A stretch of 64,000 nucleotides of DNA. It comes from Malacoraja senta. Taxonomy: Eukaryota. The stretch is from positions 179,986,001 through 180,050,000 of the forward strand of contig CM075978.1 of the NCBI GenBank assembly GCA_038087875.1. The letters are read 5' to 3'. The notes below the pieces were generated by a model. The model was given only the letters and a program-made list of their open reading frames with translations, was not told the DNA's origin and ran no database searches. How positions within the stretch are numbered: the first letter of the stretch is position 1; every line of letters starts with the position of its first letter. Both the position numbers and the translations under genes were made by a program. This document shows, in pieces, positions 11,251-24,599 of the stretch.

Positions 11251-12244
11251 GTCAGTCATAACATTCCGAGCATATCGTTCAACTGATGCCTCGTCAGGCG
11301 AGCAATGGTTGCTTTGTTGTACCTCGCAAAGCGTTGCATTGACGTTAGGCGTCACTCTTACGTGTGTAGGTTCCCACTTTTCATTCGTTGGCGAAGGAAC
11401 GGAAAGAAGAATACAACTGCTGCCATACCATAAGCATTTCACAGGACAATAGTCCTAAAAACAAAACGAAATGGATGGATGGGAGATTTACACGAGGAAA
11501 GAGTGCAATACGTTTTTGAAACAGTTGTACAATTCTAGGCTCGGCAGCTGGTGACACGATCGCAATTGTATTTGGGAAACATTAGAAAACCGACTTTGAG
11601 AAATTTCCAAATATCAAAGATTACAACGAGATTGGAGGGATACAAAGAGAAGTTAGGTAGCGATTTTTTTTAAAGTGCAATAATTTAAGTGCGGACGCGC
11701 TGATTCGCCGGACATCTTTTGAGATTCTGCTGTGCTGAGCCAATGCGATTAGAAACGGTCATCGCAGCAGGGTTATCTAAGTACAACGGAGCAGACACGA
11801 CAACTCCGAATAGTAAAGAGGAAAGAAAACAATGGATAAGTGCTTCAATACCACATAGGCATGTGGGTTTGCAAATCTAAAATTAGCATTCTGAGTACTG
11901 TGTTCGCACGAATATGCCCATTACTAATCAGAATGTCAGATGTGACTCCAAATCGTGTACAGTGGAGCCACAAGAGACCGTAGATGCTATAATCTGGATC
12001 AAAACTCAAACTGGAGAAAAAGCTCGACCAGAAACGTCGACGTCCACATATGCTGCCTTACCTGCTCTATTGCTCCATCGGTGTATTTTTTTTAACTCCG
12101 AAGCATGATTTATGCCGTTTCTATTTCCAACATCTATACAAAAGTATTTCTGATCGATGGCTAGGTGACGGAATTGGGAATTGAGGCGAACGACAAATAG
12201 TGCCCTCCACCATAGTTAATCGGGAAAATTTTATTTTCACTCAG

Positions 12245-15200
12245 ATTGCCCGGGGAAATGACAATGAAGCGGCGAAGAGTGCACCTGGTGTCGAGACAAT
12301 AATCTTTCTTGCAATTTCAGCAAGACAAAGGATATAGTAGTTGGCGTCAGGAAGCGAATCGGGTTGCATTGGCGGCGCTGAAGTAGAGATGGTTGAAAGC
12401 TTCAAATTCCTAGGGGTAAATATCACCAACAACTTGTCCTGGACCATCCATATTGAAGTAATGACTAAGAAAGCACACCAACGCCTCTACTTCTTTAGAA
12501 GGCTGAGGAAGTTCAACAAGTCCCCAAAACCTTTCACCAACTTCTGCAGATGTGCGGTAGAATATATGTTATCGGGATGCATCACAGCATGGTTTGCCAA
12601 GACCTCCATCCAAGAAAGCAAGAAATTGCAGAGAATTGTGGTCGCAGCATAGACCATCACACAAAGCAACCTCCCTTCTGACTCTATTTACACCTCACGC
12701 TGCTTCCGGAAGGCTATCAGCATAATCAAGGACGAGTCGCTGCACGGCCAGTCCCACTTTTCCCTTCTCCCAAGGGGAAAAAAGGCATAGAAGTGTGAAA
12801 ACGTACAGGGACAGTTCTTCCCAGCTGTTATCAAGCAACTGAACCATCCTACCAACAACTAGAGAGCAGTCCTGAACTATTTTACTTCGGATTCACGTGA
12901 GTGAGTACGTGAAGAACCCCGCCAGTGCGCCTGCGCGTCATTACGTCAGACGCCTTGACGCAAACGGACGTGAGGAGCAGAGCTCCTCCAGTGGTTTGTA
13001 GTCTTTCAACTACAAGGTAAGTAAAAACTTTTTTCATGTTTTCCAGGTCCGTTTACTGTGGGTCTGTGGGGATTTTCCCACAGACGCCATGGGAAAAAAC
13101 GGGCAGGGGGAAGAGGCGAGCGACTCAGCCGACAGAAAGTCGGGAAAGTCGGGAGTCCGCGGTTAGAGACCAACCGCCTCGAAACCCCGGTACAGTCGCC
13201 AGCGGTGAGCATAGCGACTGTGGACCTGGGGCTGGTGAAAACACAGTCAGCGCCTGTCGGGCAAAAGGCGACGTTTTAATCCCAACGGCCCACGGAGGGA
13301 GTCCCAGGCAATGGAAGTAGCTCCAGGGCTAGATACTGCTTTCGAGCGTATTGCCCAAATAGAAAGCCTTTTACATAGGCTGTTGGAGCAAAGTTCACTC
13401 AGGGAGGAGTGTACTAAAATCCAAGCTGCTGGAAGCAGCTCAACAGCTCCTGGTACAGGGCTAGATACTGCTTTCGAGCGTGTTGCCCAAATAGAAAGCC
13501 TTTTACATAGGCTGCTGGAGCAAAGTTCACTCAGGTGAAATCCAAGCTGCTAGAAGCAGCTCAACAGCACCTGGTACAGGGCTGATGGAATGCACCCTCA
13601 GGGATGAGGAGCGTGCTACGGGTCATGAGATTTCAGACCCCGACTCTGACGGTGAGGCTGTACAAGGCGATGAATGGCAGCTGCCAGATGTTCCACCCCT
13701 GGCAGTAGGATTCACTGCCCCGTCAGGGTCAGGAGAGCCATTAGGAGAAGAACTGGCATCCTTAAATAAATTACTTGGTTTCCCATCAGCTGGAACAGCA
13801 GGAGATGGATGAGACTGCAAGAAAGCAGGACACCCCAAGTAACTGTGGGTTGCTGAAAGCAGCAGCAGTGAACCAAATTATCTGGAATCAGTTGGAGAGA
13901 ATATTAAAGCTGCTGGGTTCTGGAATAACTGCTTTTACCAGAATAGCAGATAACAGCCAAGAGATGACGAAGTTGCATCAGGAAGCACTGGGGTTGCTAT
14001 GCAGCACCCACTTCGAGATCAATTATCTGAGGAAGGTGCTATACGGCCTACTATGAATCCGAAATTTGCAGCACTCTGCAAACCAAGTAATATACAATTA
14101 CCCAACTTACTCTTTGGAGAGGATCTCGGGAGACGTATTAAAGAGTTGGAAGATGAAGCGAAAACAGGATTGATGAAAACATCAATGGTTGCAAAGTCTG
14201 TAAAGAGGAAGTATCCTTTCAGACGTCATACGGATCCTGGACCAGGACCAAGTCGCTCATCAACGCAGGGACGTAGCTGGCGGCCTGCAGCGGGAGTAAG
14301 AACCAGTGGTGGTGCTTCCGGGAGAATCCAGGGATCTCAGAGTACTCAAATGACTCAAGAGGTAGGTGGACCTGGTTCTCATGGGAACATACTAACTGGA
14401 TTAAGTCCAAAAGTTGGAGGCAGATTACGTCTCTTCTATAACAATTGGAAGAAGATTACTTCAGATGTGGTAATTCTGAATAATATACAAGGATTTCGAA
14501 TTGAATTCAATCCAAATTATGATTTGCCTGTCCAGCATGTTCCGAGCAGAACGCTCCACTTTGCAAAGTAATGGAGGTTCAAGCTGCACTTCAAAACCCT
14601 ATATATAAAAGGTGTTATTGAAGAATCAGTCTACCAAATTCACCAATTTGGGTCAAATATATTCCCTCGATCAAAAAAGGATGGAGGATGTAGGATTATT
14701 ATAGACTTGACAAGTCTGAATCCTTTTGTTCAGTGTCTGTTCACTTGGAAGATATGAAGTATCTTAAATGTACATGGATGAACCAGTTAGGGCAAAGCTC
14801 TGCCTAATGGGTTAACGTCCGCTCCCAGAATATTCATAAAATTGTTAAAATCAATTCTGGGGTTGCTGAGAGCCAGGGGCATGTACTAATGGCATACCTG
14901 GATGATGTCCTGATTATAGGAAGGACAAAACAGTCAACAGAAGCATCTGTTGCAGTTATGAAATCAAACTTTTGAAAGTTTGGGGGTTTCTAAATTCATC
15001 CAAAGAAATCAAGGTTAAAAACATGTACCTTGTTTGATTATTTGGGGTTCACAATTGATTCAGCCCAAATGAAAATTACTTTGCCCAGTGAAAAAAGGGT
15101 GGAGTTGATTAAAGATTGCAGTAATCTGTTAAACGAGCAAAAACCTTTAATCAGACAGGTGGCTCGGGTACTGGGAAAATTAGTAGATTCCCAGCAGTCC

Positions 15201-17825
15201 AGTATGGACCATTACATTATCAACAGCTGCAGAGAATCAAAGAACAGGCACTGAGAGTAAATGCTGGTCATTTTGATAGACCATGCAAGTAACAACAAAT
15301 GCTGTTTCTAATCTGCAGTGGTGGATTCTACATGTCTCAAGCAGTTCAGGCAAAGTGCTGATTGAACAACCTTCCATGATATTACAAACTGATGCCAGTG
15401 CACTAGGATGGGGTGCAACTGACTTAACATCTAGCTGCGGAGGCAGATGGAACCAGGAAGAGTTATTGTTACTGCAGACATGGGGAATTCCCTATTTGGA
15501 GCTTTTAGGAGGTTTCTATGGACTCCAAGCTTATTGTTCTAACACAAGTTCAAATTAATAAACACAACAGCAGTTGCCTATATTAATGATATGGGTGGAA
15601 TTAAGTCGGTGTCATGTGACAAAATGGTTAAATCAACTTTGGTCTTGGTGCATTGAAAAGAACATTTGGATTTCAGCTATCTATCTACCAGGTAGAATGA
15701 ACACGATAGCAGACACCAGGTCACGAAAGTTCCATGATAATAAAGAATGGATGTTGAATCAAGAGGTATTCAATGATATAGTAATCAGATTTGGAATGCC
15801 CGACTGACTTAAATCATCAGCTATCGAGATATGTCTCATGGAAACCAGATCCAGGACCAGTGGCGATTGATGCTTTCTCGCTACATTGGGGTGGTATGTT
15901 TTCATATATATTTCCACCTTTCTGCCTCATAAGCCAATGTTTGCTTAAAATCAGGCAAGATGCTGATTCAAGGGTATTGGTAGTACCAGATTGGCCTACA
16001 CAGCCATGGTATCCGTTGATATTAGAATGAACATCACATGATGAAAGTCCCAAAAAGGAGTAATTTATTGCTGCACCTTGTAACAGGGGAACAACATCCA
16101 TTATATGATCATTTGGATTTGTTGCTTTGCAGGTTTTAAGAATGCCTTTTCTGGGACGAGGACTGTCTGAGCGTACTGTGGACATGCTTACGGCAGCCTG
16201 GAGGAAGAGCACTCAAAAACAGTACCTTTCTTATATTAAGAAATGGGAAGAGTTCTGTGTACAAAATAATGTGCAATAAAGTACTGCAGATATTTCAAAT
16301 GTTTAGAATTTCTGTCAAAAGTTTATTATGATGAAGGTCTGAGTTGTAGTGCAATTAATTCAGCCAGAAGTGCATTGTCCTCATATTTGGTTCTGGATTC
16401 AGAAAGAAACCCAGTTGGGTCACACCCAATTGTTTCCAGACTAATGAAAGGAATCTTTAATTCCAAACCACCGAAACCTAGGTACATGACAATCTGTGAT
16501 GTAAGTGTGGTACTGAAACTACTTCGTGAATGGTCATCAAGTGTGTCTTTACCTTAGGCCAAGCTCAGTATGAAAGTATTCATGCTTATGGCATGAGTGA
16601 CAGCACAACGAGTGCAAACACTTGGAAAATTACAAATAGACAGTATGGAAGTAACTGAAGATAAGGTTACATTCTATATCTATGACCTACTAAAGCAAAT
16701 TAGGCCAGGTGTGACAGGATTTAAAATTATGCTAGCAGCATATCCAAATGATCCTTGTCTCTGTATTAGGACATATTTGATACAATACATTGAGGTCACA
16801 AAGAATTTGAGAAGTACGGAAACTGGGTTGTTGATCACACACAAGAAACCACACAAGAGAGTTTCAATACAGACTATTTCCAGATGGATAAAATAAGTCT
16901 TAACAGCTGCTGGTATTAACACTTATGTTTTTATGTCTCACTCGCCGAGGGCAGCAGAGACGTCGGCGGCCAGGGCAAAAGACGTCCCCGTCGACCATAT
17001 CCTTGCAGCCGCCGGGTGGTCCAATGAGTTGATGTTTCAACATTTTTACCATCGGCCTATTGTTAATGCGGGATTGTTTGCAGAAACTATTTTAAGTTCT
17101 GTGTAAATTCCTCTGGTTTAAAGGGGATCTGATTAATTTAATTATTGAAATGAATTACTGCATTTGTGGTACAAATGTTATTATGAATGCATGATTGATT
17201 ATTTCTCGTTCCGAGTCAATCAATGCAGTGAGAAGCCGGGATTGATCTACGGCATGAAATCACAAAGCTTTAAAATCTTCACGTAGTCACTCACGTGACT
17301 CCGAAGTAAAATAGTAAGATTAAACGAGAACTTACCTAAGTTTGAAGTTTGATATTTATTTTATGAGGAGTTACGTAGGTGATTACGTGCCCGCCACGAC
17401 CCTACCCTCTATCATAAAGGTCAGATGGAAGTTGTTGTATTACTCATTTTATTATGAGACTATATTACTTCGGTTGTTGTTTTTTGTGCGCCGCTGCTTT
17501 GAAGATTGAGGCACAGGCGCACTGGTGGGGTTCTTCACGTAATCACCTACGTAACTCCTCATAAAATAAAGATCAAACTTCAAACTTAGGTAAGTTCTCG
17601 TTTAATCTTACTATTATCTACCTCATTGGAGATCCTTGGACAATCTTTGATCGGACTTTACTGGATTAATCTTGCACTAAACGTTATTCACGTTATTCCC
17701 ATTATCATGTATCCGTACACTGCTCGATTGTAATCATGTATTGTCTTTCCGCTGACTGGTTAGCACGCAACAAAAGCTTTTCACTGTACCTCAGTACAGG
17801 TGACAATAAACTAACCTAAATCTCA
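12245..17825 (+). mobile_element. Rex1/Babar-like LINE 3' fragment split by a DIRS insertion (12245-12879 plus 17614-17825)
   Basis: VEMVESFKFLGVNITNNLSW...RLYFFRRLRKF; the flanks rejoin as cctgaacta|ttatctacctcattgg; tail gtgacaataaa. Confidence 0.75.
12880..17613 (+). mobile_element. DIRS1-type tyrosine-recombinase retrotransposon, full length, ORFs degenerate
   Basis: RT YLDD (14895-14906), RNase H LQTDASALGWG, MT-like FPPF/VPDWPTQPWY, recombinase TAQRVQTL/HSPR/AGWS/FY; inverted termini and internal complementary region at about 17277-17389. Confidence 0.93.
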
Positions 17826-17899
17826 AACTCAAACAAAGCCATGAAGGGTGCGAAGAAACAAATCGAGACCAAGCTAGAATCCCAGAATAACTGCGCAGT

Positions 17900-18700
17900 C
17901 ACCTGTTGATTGTGGCAAGGCTCGCATGCTATAATAGGCTATAAAGTGAAGTCATACAGTATGGCTGCTAACAACGCATCCTTCCCAGTGTGGCTCTTTG
18001 TATTCAATGCTAGTTTTGAACATACGTTCAGTGGAATGACGCTATCTGCCCCGACAACCTTAGGAGCACCCATAACCAAGTTCACCATTGCTGACACCAA
18101 ATCGATCTTCTTGAGATTGAACCTGCAGGAAGGAACTGAAGAAGTCTCTGACAGTGACTTCAAAAGGACACAGGGGACACTGGTACTAGAATATTCGTGG
18201 ACATTTTTACTTGCTCCTCAGTTCATTCCGATGTGTCCACCCGATTTAAGAAGTCTGCGACCATCTCATTACTAAATGGCAAAATAGCACGCATTGATGA
18301 ATACCACCAGATGGCTCTGTCGTCCACCATCATGAACTACTTTTCGAGGCTGGTTTTGGCGCAAACCAACTCCAGCCTCCCATGTAGCATTGCTCCACAG
18401 CAATTCAATTATGATAAGTCAGTGGCAACGCCATCTCCTGAAAAAGATTGATCCCTGGGACGCATGGCGGACTATTTATTCTCGATAGCTTAGCCTTCAG
18501 CTCAATAATTACGAATGTTCATACTCTTCTACCTAGCACTCAGCAATCCCACAGCACATGCAACCTTGACTTTCTGACCCACAGACTAAAATTAGTAAAG
18601 ATGGATGACAAAACATTCTGCATGATACATTTCAACAGGTTGCTTCTCTGTGCCTTATAACATGTTCTACATTCTGACGGAAATTTGCAAGCTCTACAAA
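17900..18700 (+). mobile_element. Degenerate L2/Rex-type LINE ORF2 fragment
   Basis: Fragmented RT-like peptides; heavily mutated. Confidence 0.4.
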
Positions 18701-18799
18701 TATTCGCACCATACTTCAGCCCAGTCTTCATAAGTTCATAGGTCATGGGAGCAGAGATAAGCCATTCGAACTTTGAGTATACTCCGCCATTCATTCTTG

Positions 18800-20480
18800 G
18801 CTGATCGATCTTTTCACCTCAAACCCATTCTCCCAATTCCCATAACCTTTGTGACCCTTAATAATCAAGTATATGTCAATCTATGCCTTAAAATTGTTCA
18901 TTGACGGCCTCCACAGCCTTCTGTGAAAATTAATTCCACAGATTCACTACCCTCTGATGAAAGAACTTCATCCTCATCTCCTTTCTAAAGGTATGTCCTT
19001 TTATTCTGCGGCTGCGCCCTCCATTTCTCGACTCTTCCATTAGTGGAAACATCCACTCTATCCATGCCTTTCACTATTCGGTTAGTTTCAATGAGGTCCC
19101 CTCTCATTCTTCTAAACTCCAACAAGTACAGGCAAAGTGCCATCAAACACGCATCATATGTTAACCCAATCATCCCGGGAACATGCTCATAAACCTCCTT
19201 TTGATCCTCTCCAATGCCATCAAATCCTGCCTTAGAGTCCCGGCATCATCCTCATAAATCTTCTCTGCACCATTTCCAGCTAGACAATATATTTCCTGTA
19301 ACATGGTGGCCAGAACTGAACACAGTACTCTAAAGGTGGCCTCTCCAACATCTTGTTATCTGCCAAATGACCACCCAAGTTCTATACAATACTCTAACTA
19401 ATGAAGGCCAATGTGCTGAAAGGCTTTTGGCCACGCCATCTTCCTGTGGTGCCACTTTCAAGGAACTATGTACCTGCACCATCCCTCTGCTCTACAACAC
19501 TCCCCCAAGCCCTATAATTCACTATGTAGCACCTGCCCATGTTAGTTTTCTGAAAATGTAGCAATTCACATTTCTCTGTATTAAATTCAATCAACCATTC
19601 TTCAGATAAAATGCCCAACCGATCAAGATCCTGCTGCCATTTTTGACAACCATCTTCACTATCTACAACACCACCCACTTCTGTTTCATCCACAAACTTG
19701 CTAATCATGCCATGTACGTTCTCATTCAAATCATTGATATAGATGACAAACAGCAGAGTGTCCAGCACCGATCCCTGAGGCACACCATTAGTCACGTTTC
19801 CAGTCTGAAAAGCAATCTTGCAGCATCAATATCTGCTTTCTTCCATTAAGCCAATTTGCTATCCATTCAGCGATCTCTCTTGGATTCCATGGGTTCTAAC
19901 CTTCTAGAGCAGACTACCGTGTGGAACCTTGTCGAATACCGTGCTGAAATCCATATAGACAACATCTGCAATTCTGCCCTCATCAACCTTTTTGGTCACA
20001 TCTTCAAAAAACACAATCAGATTCGTGCAACCCACGTGCAAACCATGCTGACTATCCCTAATCAGCCCTTGTCCATCTAAATGCACGAATATCTTCTCCC
20101 TCAGAGTGCCCTCTAGTAACTTTACCACCAGATGTTAATCTCACTGGCCAGTAGTACCCAGGCGTATCCCTGCAGCCATTCTTGAATCGAGGCACAACAT
20201 TTGCCACCCTCCAGTCTTCTGGTGCGTATTAAATGACGACTCATAAATCTCAGCCAGGTCACCTGCAATTTCTTCTCAAACTTCCCACACGGTTCTCGGA
20301 TATGTCTGATCAGGCCCGGGAGATTGGACGACCTTCAGACGCGGCAATACCTTCAGCACCTCCTCCAACGTAATACTGACTGCTCTCAAGAACTTCCGTT
20401 GACTTCCCCAAGTCCCCCAGTACCCATGGCTATCCTCTCGAGGAGAAATACTGGTTGAGACCTTGCCCAACATTGCCCAT
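18800..20480 (-). mobile_element. CR1 LINE ORF2 fragment
   Basis: [33 protein letters not shown]. Confidence 0.9.
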
Positions 20481-21599
20481 GTTGAACCGTTATTCTCGGG
20501 ATCAAAATGTGAACAAGTGTCACGTGATCTCTTATCACCACTATCTCAATCCACAGTGTTGGCCAGAAGTCTATCAACCTGGACAGAAGTGCTAGTAACT
20601 CCAGGTGAAATTATTGTTTGAACATCCCAACCAAGAATGGTGAGACTTTAGTTGATAAACAAGTCGATAGGCCATGTTTCTAGAAATGCCATAACTGGAA
20701 ACGCCAATTAATAAAGAAATTGGTTCGCCTGCCAATGTGTTTTATGAGATTTAGATATTCAACAATTCTCTATTTCAATTACTGAAAGACTGCTGACGCT
20801 TTAAAGGTGATGGGAACATTCGTCATTAGCGCATGCCTTCTTTGAGAGTTGGCTGCTGAGATATGAGAGGTAATCTCATGTTTCAGAAACTCACTTTGAT
20901 TGTGAGAGGATAGTGGTATGCCGCAGGGAAAGCCTGCTGGAGGACAGTTGACCCCAAGAGTTTGAAGTAGGATCTATACTTGTGCATGAGTGAAATAATC
21001 TATGCTAACTTGGGGCTTGGTCACTAAGGGCATGTAAACATAAATGTCGAATGCAGCTCGATTAATGTGACTTTGATCATCTCGGTGATGAATCAATCTA
21101 GCTCTCAATATTGGCATTAGAAAATATATGATGTCACAAATTCTATTCTATAGCTTTATTACTTTAAGGAAATACAAGTAGCCAGTCATGCACAGTGTCT
21201 GGTGCACTTGATAATTACTTCCTGTTACAGATATGTCGCTGAAACCTTAATGTTCCACAGTTCACAGTACACTAATGAGCATTATGAACATTAATGTGAC
21301 GAAAATAGTGAACCATTTCAGGAAGTTAAGAGCCTGAGAAACCCTGGCCAGGGGACGTAGTCTGCAGGAACTTAAAATGTATGATGGAGGCAAGACCATG
21401 CTGTGTATAACTTGGAGGCCGATAATGAAACAACCAAGTCACTTGATTTGTGCCCATGAACAATGTGGGCGAACTATCTAAAGTTGAAAAATGTTCTGGA
21501 ATGCAGGTTCCCAAGATGAGATAGGAAATGTTCGAAAGTAGTCGAAAATTATGCAAGTTTAACCCAAGAGCTTACACTCTACAGAATATGTTAAACCCA

Positions 21600-22560
21600 A
21601 GAGCTTACACACGACAGAAGCCAGGTAGGAAGAAAGCCCAAAATAGTTAAGGTAACATAAAGATCATGTTCGGAAAGCAATACAATTTTGAAGATTGCAA
21701 TGCACAGCTCGCAGGAGTAAAAATAAACATGGGATGCTCTAAACTGGGCAGAGCACAACAAAACTGATCACGGGAAAAGAGGAGTTTGCAGGACAAGTGG
21801 AAGAATGATTCTCCAAACTACAGGAAGAGACGTCCTAGCCGGTTAGCCATAGAGAAATCCAGGGGAAATTATGCAAGGGCTACAGACAACAAAGAAACGT
21901 TGTTTACTGGTGAATTATTTCAAATATATAAAATCTGCATGTAACCATTTCTGCGAACGTTCTAAAATATTGTTGGTGTTGGAAGTCAGTGAAGCATCCC
22001 AGTAAAGCACTCTTGGAGTGCTTCCCGGTATATAACGGTATGGCCTGTATAAGAAAGAGTAAAAATAGCAGAAGTAAAGCGCGCCCAGGATGATGAATGT
22101 TAAATCATAATGAGGGAGAATCTGTCGCCCACCGCCCTGTCAGTGACGGAGTTTAGACCATGACGCATATACATATGGGCATGACGCGAACTATGGGCTA
22201 CGTCCACCCCAAGAAAAAAATGTATAGAAACTAGCCGCGGTCCTAGTAGCTCCGATTCCGGCAGTAAGCAGGACGACAAGGGGACGAACTACACAGACAT
22301 ACTCTGTGTGAGTTTTGACAGCCTCGGAGAAACACATGAGCTTTACATGAACTGTTCTCAATTAGAACGATGGCAAACATCTTTTATGCGATAAGATTTC
22401 AAAGGTAAAGGAGGCTCAGGTGTCCGCAGTAGCGTGAATAAATAAGGGAACAGGGAAGCGAAACCGCAGGCTATATGTTTTTATTGTGGGAAACCAAGTC
22501 ACTTTTCTAAGCAATGTAGATCATCCAAACAGGAAGGGTCAGGATGTCACACAACATTTA
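21600..22560 (+). mobile_element. Degenerate retroviral or LTR-retrotransposon gag relic
   Basis: Perfect CX2CX4HX4C knuckle CFYCGKPSHFSKQC at 22476-22517; the upstream extent is a guess. Confidence 0.5.
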
Positions 22561-24039
22561 AGTGCTTGGAAGAGTCTGATGCGACGTGGGGATGCTTAAA
22601 TGTATGGCTTTGCGTGAACAATGTCTTCCAGCATTCTTGTGTATCAAAGCCTTAACAGTTTCAACGATTCCTTGAGGCGTGTGTGATTGTGTTTTGCACA
22701 TGTTTTGTTTGTGTTTTGCTGATGTCCCATAAACCCACCACCTTCTGTGTGAAAACTTTGCCTTTCAAATTCCACTTGAATTTTTCTCCTCTCACCATAA
22801 ATTTATCTCCTCTAGTTCTCGATTCTGCTGCTCTGTGAAAACGATGCTGTGCTTTTTTCTCCCTCTCTATTTCCCCCATGATAAGAATTACATTTAACAA
22901 TGGGATAAAACAGTACCGATTATTCTCTTGACATAGAGCACAGAGGCTGAATTCGACATAAACATTTTTATTTTTTTCAATTCAAATAATAAACAAATAT
23001 GTTTCAATGTAGTATCTTGCGAGTGAGATCGTCATATTTTGTACTTAACATGCAATCGATATATTCATTTAAGTTAATTGGCATCTAAAATCCCGATGTC
23101 CTTAAACATTCCTACTGGGAATATGCTTTACCAGTAACATTGCGCACCAATGTTGTAGTGTAAGAAAAAGAAGAATAAAAAATCATAGATTCAGGGCACA
23201 TCATCTAACAACTTGGTGCTCGAGTCTACTCTGTACATTATTCTGGGCAGGGTGATTTTAGTCTTTCTATTACATTAGTCCGCTGTGATTAAAAGATAGG
23301 TATTCGCAACTCTTCTCCGCAAATGATCCTCGATCAATAATGTCATTATTGGGAAAACCTATAAGTAATTGAGCTCACTTCAACTTTGGGACAGCGTTTT
23401 ATCTCATGAGCAGATTTCCGCGGAACCTAGTGAACAAGCTAATCCTATAACACATATGTTTGCCTCCAATGCTCTTAGATGCTTGTGCTATGAATACATT
23501 AAGTCTCTCTTTCTAATTTGGTGACCACAGTATATACGAGCATAAATTGGTCAATAAATTATGACTTAGGACAAGAACATAATGATTCATAATGCTGATG
23601 GCCCTCGTGGTGTGTCTGCTTTTGTAGAAGAGACGCGGCTATTTGAGGTCAGCTCTCTTTCCATAATCAAAGGATTCCGATAGTGTTTTCAAAGGAAACG
23701 CCAATCGATTTACATTCCTTCCAGTCTAGAGAATTGATGTCTGTGTTCAGAATCTGACCTCCCCGACATTCGCCAAATCAAGGGCAGATCAGATGATTCC
23801 TTTGCAGCACGCCAGTACATAGGAGCTTCTTGATCCTTGCCATATTAATCTGCCATGCCATTTACTCCATGATCAATCTGCCTCATGCATTGTTCAGCAC
23901 GTAAATGCATGCTTGAGAAGAACAATACGATCCGGACAATATAAACTATTCTCCAACTTTATGTAATTCACCCTTCCATCCAGCCTCCAACAGAACCGAC
24001 CATTTCTGCTGTATATCATCCACCTGTAAGTAAATGTTC

Positions 24040-24400
24040 TCTGAAGATAGATACAAAATGCTGGAGTAACTCAGCGGGACAGGCAGCATTCTCCGGATAG
24101 AAGGGATGGGTGACTTTTCGGGTCGAGTCCCTTCTTCAGACAGAGTCAGGGAAGAGGGTAGAGTTCTGGATTAATGGAGATGCAGCTGCAGGAAAATGTA
24201 GAATGATTCATTGTTAGCTGAGGGGGAGGTGAAACGAGGCATACAATCAGTAAAATTTAATCAGGTGGACAGTGAAACTAGTCGGAGAGCTAGGATGGGG
24301 AGGGACGGAGAGAGAAGGAATGCAAGGGTTACTTGAAGCTAGAGAAATCAATATTCATATCGCTAGGTTGCATGTAATGTTCTCTGTAATTTTCACTGCC
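24040..24400 (-). mobile_element. Penelope-like 3' fragment
   Basis: Same tail as the 8215 and 63.4 kb copies. Confidence 0.6.
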
Positions 24401-24599
24401 TATTAATACAGGTGGACATGCTGACATGTCCCAAGGTCTTGCTACTAGCAACACAAAGAAGCATGATCACAATCCCACGGCATTTAGAAACAGAAACATG
24501 GAAAAATAGGTGCAGGATAGGCCATTCGGCCCTTTGAGCCCGCACCGGCTGTAGGAGTGATTTCTGTTTAGGCTAGCCACTGTTGGCATATTATATTCT

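Noticed and set aside
11002-11442. 146-aa ORF as a protein
   Set aside because: It reads through promoter, relic leader, intron and broken V start; a by-product of the pseudogene.
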